From a virus (lineage: Duplodnaviria; Caudoviricetes), in IMG/VR virus record IMGVR_UViG_3300025389_001063: 64,000 nt of DNA. The stretch is one strand, 5' to 3'. The notes under the pieces are model-generated. The model was not told the origin of the DNA. It saw nothing but the letters and a program-made list of their open reading frames with translations, and searched no databases. Each line of letters opens with the position of its first letter. Positions within the stretch are counted from its first letter, which is position 1. Below are positions 56,420-64,000 of this stretch, in pieces. A program made the translations under genes and the position numbers.

Positions 56420-57328
56420 ATGAGAAAACAGCCTAGAATCAGTACAGCACCAATAATTCAACAACAAGCAATACAACAAGGAGTTTATTCTCTTAGTCCC
56501 GTTATATCTACAACATCTATAAGTGTTACAAATACAACTGCAACTACTAACCTTATTACAACAGGAGCAGCAGTTTTAGGTTTCGTTAGAGAAGGACAAG
56601 CAATAACATTTGGTTCTGCTATCGGTGGATTGAGTACTAGTATCGTTTATTATGTAATACTTGGATCAATTACTTTAACTACTTTTCAAGTTAGTGCAAC
56701 TCCAGGTGGGCCACCAGTTGTTTTATCAACAGCAGCCGCGGCGGTAACTGCTACAACTTATACATATATCAGTGTTCCTGTTAACAGTCTTGGAACTATT
56801 GTTAATTTAACAACTTCTGTTACAAGCCTTATAGGTCTTTTAGGAACAGTATTTGGTCAATCAACAACATTCGCAACTGTTACACTTACAAATGGTACAA
56901 CTACAGGACTAGTTATTGGACAGGCTATAACAGGAACCGGCGCCGGCGGCAGTTTAGGTAGTAATACTACTATTACAAGTATAACAAGTTCTACAACTTT
57001 TACTATAACAACTAGTGGTGGTAATCCTGCAAACGGAGCAGTTACAAATATACAAACAACTACTCCTCAAATTATTAACGCTCCATCGACTTGGTATTTA
57101 GATATAACAGGAATACCTAATTCTATTAACTATCAAACTACAGTAACGGTATTAATATCACAAGGTGGTACAGTATACAACCCAACATTAATAGTAAACG
57201 GAATCACACCTACTCTTATTGGAACAGGAAACGGTGGAGCAACTAGTAGAATTACGGCTTATTATTATTCGATTATTTGTACTGCTCCTGATCAATATTC
57301 ATATTCTGTAATTACTTTTGCAGTTTAA
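56420..57328 (+). CDS. Long paralog of 55991 carrying two inserted beta modules
   Basis: Same N- and C-terminal segments; inserts include GQAITFGSAIGGL..VYYV..TFQVSATPGG. Confidence 0.6.
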   Translation: MRKQPRISTAPIIQQQAIQQGVYSLSPVISTTSISVTNTTATTNLITTGAAVLGFVREGQAITFGSAIGGLSTSIVYYVILGSITLTTFQVSATPGGPPVVLSTAAAAVTATTYTYISVPVNSLGTIVNLTTSVTSLIGLLGTVFGQSTTFATVTLTNGTTTGLVIGQAITGTGAGGSLGSNTTITSITSSTTFTITTSGGNPANGAVTNIQTTTPQIINAPSTWYLDITGIPNSINYQTTVTVLISQGGTVYNPTLIVNGITPTLIGTGNGGATSRITAYYYSIICTAPDQYSYSVITFAV

Positions 57329-57360
57329 TATTCTAAATAAATTACCATCGTTTCTTATTC

Positions 57361-57390
57361 TATTACCTCGATAAATATACGTGAGGAATA
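57361..57390 (+). promoter_or_regulatory. Late promoter GATAAATA (57370-57377) in the loop of a stem covering the GAGG RBS
   Basis: TATT-A-CCTC / GAGG-AATA, 8 bp with one bulge; ATG at 57395. Confidence 0.55.
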
Positions 57391-57394
57391 ATAC

Positions 57395-59392
57395 ATGAGC
57401 AGTCTTAATCTAAACAACCTATTTTTGCAAGGTCCAAGAAATACTATTAAATTACAAAAGGACATATCCTTCAAAAATCCTTGGATTCAAATTTATTCAA
57501 ATACTACAATAGATACTTGGTATGTAGGTGACTTCTCAAGCGCATCATATTTTATTACAGTTGAATATGATTCAAATCACAAAGAATGTATGCATGTTCT
57601 AGTTATTGCTCGACCAGCACAAGCAACTTATTCAATATATGGTAGAACAAGTATTGATAATCAACTAGTTACATTATCTGCTACAGTTTCAAATAGTCAA
57701 TTAACACTATCTGCTACAGCAAATACAGGATATTCTGGAGCAAAATTAAGTTTCTCTGTTTCTTATAATGAAACAATGCAACCCCTATCATATCCTACCA
57801 CAGTAACAAATCTTCCTCCTGGATCAATACCTGTACCCCCAACTAACACAGTTCCTACAACTTTTGGACAAATTGCAGTTTCTGGGCAGTCAACAGTTTA
57901 TGCAACTTCTTCGAGTGACACTCTTGCTTTTGTCGCTGGAACAGGAATTAGTCTTACAACTAATAGTACTTCGAAATCTGTAACAATTACTTCATCATTT
58001 CCATTCTTTCAAAATATTCAAGTTTCAGGACAACCAACTTTAATTCCTGCAACTGCTAGTAGTAGCTTAACTTATTCATCAAGCAACGGTATCTCTCTTA
58101 CAACAAATGCATCAAGTAATACAGTTAATATCGGATTAGGAACATTACCTACACTTTCAGTTTCAGGATCATCAACTTTTACTGGAGCAATTACTGCATC
58201 TAGTTTGATTACAGCAAATACTGGAATCTTAGTTAATAATGGATTAACTGTTAACAATGGCGCAACGTTTAATAACGGAACGACAGTTAATACTTCATTA
58301 GCAGTGAACGGAACTACATTATCAACTGGAACAATAACTTCTAATTCAAATATAACTTCTACAATAGACGTATCAGGACTTAATAATTATGGAGCCTTTA
58401 ATTATGGAAACATAAGATATACTGATGTGAATATATTAGCAAGTTTCACGTCATCTCCTAATAGTTACAATCAAATTATTATAGAAAATAATTCTTCAGG
58501 AACATCTGCAACTGCTAATCTTATTGTAAGCAATAATCAAGGAACTGCTACTACAAACTATGGTAATTTGGGCATTAACAGTAGCGGATGGACTGGAACT
58601 TTAGGAACATCTAGCATTAATGCACCGGGAGTTGTTTATCTTGCATCTGCTTCTAGCGATTTAGTTATAGGAACATTTGTATCAAATAATATTCGATTTG
58701 TTACAAATAGTGGAGCAGATGCTGTAACAATTGATACATCAAATACATTAAATGCTTTACAAGGATTTAAATCATTTAGTACTACTACACTAAGTCCTGC
58801 AAGTGCTAATGTTATTATAAGTCCAACAGGTACTGGTAATGTTACTATAAGTCCATCGGGAACTGGAACAGTTGCTATCAATCCAACTTCAGTAGGTACA
58901 ATTGACAATATGACTTTTGGTTCAATTGTTCCTAGAGGCGGCACTTTCACTACTGTTTCTTTTACAGATAGTATAACAGTAACAAACAATGTTAATACAT
59001 CAAATGTTTATGCAACCGGATTAAGTGATTTAAACAGAACATCTGAAACAGTTTTTGATGTAGCAAGTGGTGCTACAGTTTCATACAACTTCCAATCTGG
59101 ATCAATTTTTTATCATACATCTAATCCTGGACAAGACTGGACGGCATCATTCCTTAATTTACCTACTACTAGTGGTAGAGCTATTTCGATGACTATTGTT
59201 GTTCCTCAAGGATCAACTGCTTATAAAATAACTGGATGTACTATCGAAGGACTTGCTGCTACAATTAAATGGGCAGGAGGATTTACTACTCCTATAGGTA
59301 ATGCTAATAAAACAGATATATGGGCATTTACTCTTATAAGAAGAAGCGGTGGTTGGACAGTTCTTGGATCACAAAATCCAGGATTTGCATAA
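57395..59392 (+). CDS. Tail fibre-like protein
   Basis: Beta-strand repeats; C-terminal N.PT....MTIVVPQG...IKWAGG..DIWAFTL..W.VLG domain seen in phage fibre tips. Confidence 0.6.
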   Translation: MSSLNLNNLFLQGPRNTIKLQKDISFKNPWIQIYSNTTIDTWYVGDFSSASYFITVEYDSNHKECMHVLVIARPAQATYSIYGRTSIDNQLVTLSATVSNSQLTLSATANTGYSGAKLSFSVSYNETMQPLSYPTTVTNLPPGSIPVPPTNTVPTTFGQIAVSGQSTVYATSSSDTLAFVAGTGISLTTNSTSKSVTITSSFPFFQNIQVSGQPTLIPATASSSLTYSSSNGISLTTNASSNTVNIGLGTLPTLSVSGSSTFTGAITASSLITANTGILVNNGLTVNNGATFNNGTTVNTSLAVNGTTLSTGTITSNSNITSTIDVSGLNNYGAFNYGNIRYTDVNILASFTSSPNSYNQIIIENNSSGTSATANLIVSNNQGTATTNYGNLGINSSGWTGTLGTSSINAPGVVYLASASSDLVIGTFVSNNIRFVTNSGADAVTIDTSNTLNALQGFKSFSTTTLSPASANVIISPTGTGNVTISPSGTGTVAINPTSVGTIDNMTFGSIVPRGGTFTTVSFTDSITVTNNVNTSNVYATGLSDLNRTSETVFDVASGATVSYNFQSGSIFYHTSNPGQDWTASFLNLPTTSGRAISMTIVVPQGSTAYKITGCTIEGLAATIKWAGGFTTPIGNANKTDIWAFTLIRRSGGWTVLGSQNPGFA

Positions 59393-59405
59393 TGGGTATT
59401 ATAAC

Positions 59406-60020
59406 ATGACATTATTATCATCAATGAGAGGCGTAAATCAATTAGGTATTTCTAAAAAACCGTATGTTCTATACGATATTATAACTCTTAATGCTATTAG
59501 TGGAAATATGACTGTTACAGGAAACGGAACTAATACTATAAGTGCATTTAAAACAAGTGGAGCAAACAACTGGGATAATCAAATAAATTCAAACACTCCG
59601 TATACTGCTCCTTGTACAATAGAGTTTACTAAACAAGCAGGTGTTACTGATAATTCACTTTCTTATGCTATGATGGGATGGAATACTGATCCAAATACTG
59701 ATGCAAATTATGGAACTCTAGATTATACTTCATATGCTTATGTACAGACTTCTTATATAGTATATAATAACGGAATTAGTAATAACGTTAGCACAGGTTG
59801 GGATCCCACAAAGAGGTTTTATATTTCCTATGATCTTAGCGGAAATATCAAACACTGGAATGGGTCAACATTACTTTATAGCGCATCATATGGAACAGGA
59901 AATACTGTATATCTTGATAGTAGTTTTTATAGTGTTGACGCTACACAAACATATAGTGGATTTAGTAATATCCGTATTACTAAGGCTGTTTGGAATGGGG
60001 ATGCTTATATATATGCTTGA
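59406..60020 (+). CDS. Putative lectin-like virion protein
   Basis: Start re-called at ATG 59406 (MTLLSSMRG), after the previous stop; aromatic-rich beta domain. Confidence 0.45.
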   Translation: MTLLSSMRGVNQLGISKKPYVLYDIITLNAISGNMTVTGNGTNTISAFKTSGANNWDNQINSNTPYTAPCTIEFTKQAGVTDNSLSYAMMGWNTDPNTDANYGTLDYTSYAYVQTSYIVYNNGISNNVSTGWDPTKRFYISYDLSGNIKHWNGSTLLYSASYGTGNTVYLDSSFYSVDATQTYSGFSNIRITKAVWNGDAYIYA

Positions 60021-60026
60021 GTAAAG

Positions 60027-60034
60027 CATAAATA
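60027..60034 (+). promoter_or_regulatory. Late promoter CATAAATA
   Basis: Upstream of GAGG RBS and ATG 60056; overlaps TATGCTT/AAGCATA inverted repeat. Confidence 0.55.
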
Positions 60035-60055
60035 TAACACTAACCAGAGGAAATC

Positions 60056-60970
60056 ATGTCAGTTAACCAGTTACCACTAAAATCCGAGTATGGATTCATT
60101 TCTCCAGGATTTTCTGTTGATACAAACGGAAACGTTAATATTACAGGACAATTTCAAGTTAACGGTGCTGCAATTACAGCATCAACAACAACTTTACCAA
60201 GCAACATTGTTTTTAGCAGTCTAACACAAACAGGAACATTAACTGCATTAACTGTAAATGGTACAGTATCTACAAGTGGAGGAACTGTAACTCTTAATGC
60301 AAGAACTCAATTAACATTAACATCAACTGGATCAATAACCTTAACTTCTGGAACTAGCGGTATGGTTAATATTACTTCTGGAACTGGAGGTACAGTAGTA
60401 ATTAATTCAAATGCAGCAGGAACTATGGACAATATTGCTATTGGTTCCACTACACCACAAACTGCTACGTTTACAAATGTTACTATTAGTGGAACTTTAA
60501 CAGATAATTCTAGTATTCCTTATTTAAAATCTGTTGCTGCTACTACAGGTACACTAGATAATTATAATATTGGATCAATAACTCCAAAAGCAGGAACATT
60601 TACTTCTTTAACTGTAACATCAAACTTATCTTTATCACCAACATCGGTGGGAACAATTAATAATACAAATATAGGTACCGTAACTGCTGGTACTGGTAAT
60701 TTTAGTACTTTAGCAGCAACTGGTCTTCTTACCTTATCGAATACATCGGCTACACATATAATTAGTTCTACAACTATATCAACTACAATTACCACTGGTG
60801 CATTAGTAATTTCTGGAGGGGTGGGTATCGGTGATTCACTAAATATAGCAAATAATTTAACAATTAATGGAATAGGAATTCAAGCAACTTTACCAACATC
60901 TGCAACACATCTTGTTAATAAAAAGTATGTTGATGCAAAATCAATAGCAGTATCGATTGCACTGTCTTAA
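60056..60970 (+). CDS. Fibre-like protein with GT.DN..IG..TP..GTF repeats
   Basis: Three copies of the repeat; C-terminal HLVNKKYVD motif. Confidence 0.6.
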   Translation: MSVNQLPLKSEYGFISPGFSVDTNGNVNITGQFQVNGAAITASTTTLPSNIVFSSLTQTGTLTALTVNGTVSTSGGTVTLNARTQLTLTSTGSITLTSGTSGMVNITSGTGGTVVINSNAAGTMDNIAIGSTTPQTATFTNVTISGTLTDNSSIPYLKSVAATTGTLDNYNIGSITPKAGTFTSLTVTSNLSLSPTSVGTINNTNIGTVTAGTGNFSTLAATGLLTLSNTSATHIISSTTISTTITTGALVISGGVGIGDSLNIANNLTINGIGIQATLPTSATHLVNKKYVDAKSIAVSIALS

Positions 60971-60982
60971 AAGGAATTAATA

Positions 60983-63900
60983 ATGGCAAAACGACTAATA
61001 AGAACATATGTTTTTACACCAGGAGCAGCAGGAGTAGGAAATATACAAATTCCTGGAAGATGGGATTTGAGTCAATTTCTATTAGTTACTAATACTGTAA
61101 GAAATCAAATACTTTATAATTTTGCTGATTCTACAACTGGTGCAACAGTTACATTTACTGCTGGAACTAACACAAACTTTCCTTATATAACACAAGACAG
61201 TGATGGATATACTACTTTAACTTTTACTAATTTTAATACTTCTTCATATTCTAGTACAGAAAATTTACAAATTTTTGTCGATCAAGAATCACAAACAATT
61301 CGCCCTTGGCCATTTGGTACAGATGCTATCGAACGTATGCGTGTTGCAAGTCCACAATCAATGCTCGATGCTGACTTTGAATACGGTCTACAACCAACTA
61401 AATGGCTAACAGTTAGCCAATTAAGAGGATATCCATCAACTTATGAAATTCCTGGATCAGATTTAACAGTAACAAACGTAACAACTGATGCTTCTGTTCC
61501 TTTTAGTGGTCTTGGTTCATCATTAATTACAGTTACAACTTCAACTGCACACGGTTATTCAGCATTGACTCCAATTAATATTAAAGGTCTTTTAAATACT
61601 GTTCCTGGATTCAACCGCGCAGAAGGTTCTTTCCTAGTTTATACAGTTCCTTCAAGTACAACTTTTACATATTATTCTAAATCTAAAGTTGGAAATAACA
61701 ATGGTGATACTCTTTATAGTGGTATCGTTCAATTAAGAAGAGAAGCATTTTATACAGGAGCAAGTGTCGGTAGTGCAGGACCGACTGCAACATATGTAAA
61801 TGGTACAGGATTAAATGGTGCAGCATTAATTACATTAAGTTTAGCAAATCCTCATGGATTTATTCCAGGAGATACTATACTCGTTACTGTGAGTTCAGAT
61901 AACGGAACAAATAACCACACATTGGCACAAGGCGGATTTTGGATAGAACAAATAAACAGTCCAACTACACTATCATTTAGTGCTAGAGGCATAGGAACAA
62001 TTACAGGAACAATTATAGTTTCGGCTTTATATGCAAGACCCGATTGTTATTACATTCATAGACCTCTAGACGGAGGTGTTGCTTTAGGAACAGGTGGACC
62101 TGCTCATGGCGCACATGCTATACGTCAAAGTAAAAAATATATCCGTTATCAATCAGGTAAAGGAATTATGTATAATACTGGTGCTTTATTTGCACCTAAT
62201 TATGACATTAGATCCGTTACAGCTTCAGGCACAGCGATCGGCAGTACAATAACTGTAGTCACTGATAACTTAGATCACGGTTTACAAGTAGGTGCTTCGG
62301 TAAGTCTATCACAAATAGTAACTAGCGGATACAATGGACAATATACTGTTCAAAGCATAGTTGATGAAAGAACATTTACTGTTACCGCGTATCAAGTTTT
62401 AGGATCAGTTTCTCCAATATTGCAAAATCCTTGTTTAGTTAATACTACAGGATGGCATGGATCAACAGTTCGTGCAGGAACATTTGATGATCAAAATGGT
62501 ATGTTTTGGATGTTTGATGGAATATCAATGTATGTTGGAAGAAGAGCAGCAACATATCAAATTGCAGGAACTATTGCTGTAAACCCAGATTCAAATAGTA
62601 TTGTAGGATCTAGTACTAGATTCCAAGATCAATTAAAAGTGGGTGATCGTATAGTAATCAAAGGAATGACACATATTGTTACAAATATTGCATCTCAAAC
62701 ACAGTTATATATAACTCCAGACTATCGTGGTATAAATTCTTATACTGGAGTTATTGCAGCAGGAGTTAGAGATATTATAGTTCCTCAATCACAATGGAAC
62801 GTTGATCGTTGCGATGGTAGTGCAGGTCCGTTTAATCCAAGTGGTTATAATCTAACACCATATAAAATGCAGATGATTGGAATGCAATGGTCATGGTATG
62901 GCGCTGGATTTATTGAATTCTTCTTAAGAGGTCCAGAATCTAGATTTATTTTAGTTCATAGAATGAAACAAAGTAACGTTAATAATGAAGCATATATGAG
63001 ATCAGGTAACCAACCTGTTCGATATGAAGTTATTAATGAAGGTGGAAGAAGTACTCTAGTTAATGCTATAGGGTCTACTGATACAACATTAACAATTCAG
63101 TCATCAGATGCTTATAGATTTCCACCAAGTGGTACTTTGTATATCGATTATGAATTAATTTCTTATACTTCTATTAATACATCTACTGGCGTAATAAGCG
63201 GATTAGGTCGAGCAGCAACTTTAAGTAATTTTTCTGGTGGTCAAACAAGAAACTATACTGCCAGTACGGCTAGTTCTCATGCAGCAGGTGTAGGAGTTAC
63301 CTTAGTAAGTATAACTGCTACACCTCAAATAAGTCACTGGGGATCTGCATTTATGACAGACGGTGGTTTTGATAGTGATCGTGGATACATATTTAATTAC
63401 CAACAGACTAATGTTACAGCAAATCCTATTAGAGCGGCAGCATTTGGCATTCGATTAGCACCTAGTGTATCAAACGGACAGGTTGGAGATTTAGGAGATA
63501 GAGAATTAATTAACAGAGCCCAGTTGTTACTTCAAACAATTGAAATTACTGCCGGTACTGCTGGTACTAACTCTGCATTTATTATTGAAGGTGTTATTAA
63601 TCCTCAGAATTACAGTTCTGCAACTTGGTATTCTCTTGCTCCTTCCACTAATGTTCTCAGTACTCCAGGTGGACAACCAAGTTTTACTCAGGTTGCAACA
63701 GGAACTAGTTTTGTTTGGAACAACAGTTTAAATACTAGTTACGCTGCTGCTGTAACAACAAGTACTGGTAATACAGTTACTATAAGTTCAGCAAATGCAG
63801 CAACTTTACAAGCATTTCAGACATCTAATCCAACAACACTTATCTATCTATATAATTCAACTTCAAGTGGTGCAATCTCGTCAAATACATATATTACCAA

Positions 63901-64000
63901 TATTAATACAGGTACAGGTGTATTAACACTCAATCAGAATATATTAAGTACAGTTACTAGCGGTAACACTTTAATATTCCAAGCAAACAACTTTGCTGTT
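60983..64000 (+). CDS. Large virion structural protein, partial; runs off the window end
   Basis: Not in the ORF track; ATG 60983 after AAGGA; MAKRLIRTYVFTPG..., DAIERMRV..PQSMLDADFEYGLQPTKW; several T...HG...G..V modules. Confidence 0.65.
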   Translation, partial: MAKRLIRTYVFTPGAAGVGNIQIPGRWDLSQFLLVTNTVRNQILYNFADSTTGATVTFTAGTNTNFPYITQDSDGYTTLTFTNFNTSSYSSTENLQIFVDQESQTIRPWPFGTDAIERMRVASPQSMLDADFEYGLQPTKWLTVSQLRGYPSTYEIPGSDLTVTNVTTDASVPFSGLGSSLITVTTSTAHGYSALTPINIKGLLNTVPGFNRAEGSFLVYTVPSSTTFTYYSKSKVGNNNGDTLYSGIVQLRREAFYTGASVGSAGPTATYVNGTGLNGAALITLSLANPHGFIPGDTILVTVSSDNGTNNHTLAQGGFWIEQINSPTTLSFSARGIGTITGTIIVSALYARPDCYYIHRPLDGGVALGTGGPAHGAHAIRQSKKYIRYQSGKGIMYNTGALFAPNYDIRSVTASGTAIGSTITVVTDNLDHGLQVGASVSLSQIVTSGYNGQYTVQSIVDERTFTVTAYQVLGSVSPILQNPCLVNTTGWHGSTVRAGTFDDQNGMFWMFDGISMYVGRRAATYQIAGTIAVNPDSNSIVGSSTRFQDQLKVGDRIVIKGMTHIVTNIASQTQLYITPDYRGINSYTGVIAAGVRDIIVPQSQWNVDRCDGSAGPFNPSGYNLTPYKMQMIGMQWSWYGAGFIEFFLRGPESRFILVHRMKQSNVNNEAYMRSGNQPVRYEVINEGGRSTLVNAIGSTDTTLTIQSSDAYRFPPSGTLYIDYELISYTSINTSTGVISGLGRAATLSNFSGGQTRNYTASTASSHAAGVGVTLVSITATPQISHWGSAFMTDGGFDSDRGYIFNYQQTNVTANPIRAAAFGIRLAPSVSNGQVGDLGDRELINRAQLLLQTIEITAGTAGTNSAFIIEGVINPQNYSSATWYSLAPSTNVLSTPGGQPSFTQVATGTSFVWNNSLNTSYAAAVTTSTGNTVTISSANAATLQAFQTSNPTTLIYLYNSTSSGAISSNTYITNINTGTGVLTLNQNILSTVTSGNTLIFQANNFAV

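Noticed and set aside
43524-57328. Diversity-generating retroelement targeting the fibres
   Set aside because: No reverse transcriptase, and no template/variable repeat pair with adenine-specific differences was noticed.
4141-63731. Short antisense or alternate-frame ORFs in the track (e.g. 4141, 7413, 9945, 14795, 19687, 24948, 29825, 47027, 58636, 63540)
   Set aside because: Fully overlap well-supported genes, lack RBSs and have shadow-ORF composition.
1-64000. Stop-codon reassignment (TAG or TGA recoding)
   Set aside because: Core genes are intact under code 11, TGA ends several genes and TAG ends the 22367 ORF at a plausible C-terminus.

Overview
AT-rich segment (roughly 30% GC by eye) of a large T4-like myovirus, probably a jumbo phage. 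The major capsid protein is reminiscent of Rak2/GAP32-like phages (recognition only, no search run). Layout: (1) 1-15114, minus strand: baseplate operon (large wedge protein running off the window, gp6-, gp25-, gp5-, hub-, gp53- and gp48/54-like). (2) 15183-21116, plus strand: gp55 late sigma factor, GIY-YIG homing endonuclease, gp47/gp46, two Hc1-like basic proteins, a compact GIY-YIG nuclease and a NUMOD3 homing endonuclease. (3) About 21120-21475: GC-rich, highly structured non-coding element with a predicted pseudoknot and a 27-nt repeat pair. (4) gp26/gp51-like pair joined by a likely -1 frameshift, divergent from a tape-measure-like gene. (5) Head module (portal, protease, scaffold, capsid) containing a glycosyltransferase-like gene. 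(6) 33474-64000: virion fibre/decoration genes, including beta-helix proteins, CBM5/12-like repeats and a 2499-aa protein built of nested ~70-aa modules. A late promoter NATAAATA recurs throughout, several times inside hairpins that bury the downstream RBS. No tRNA, rRNA, CRISPR, integrase or reverse transcriptase was seen. All structures were folded by hand and all protein calls are motif recognition.
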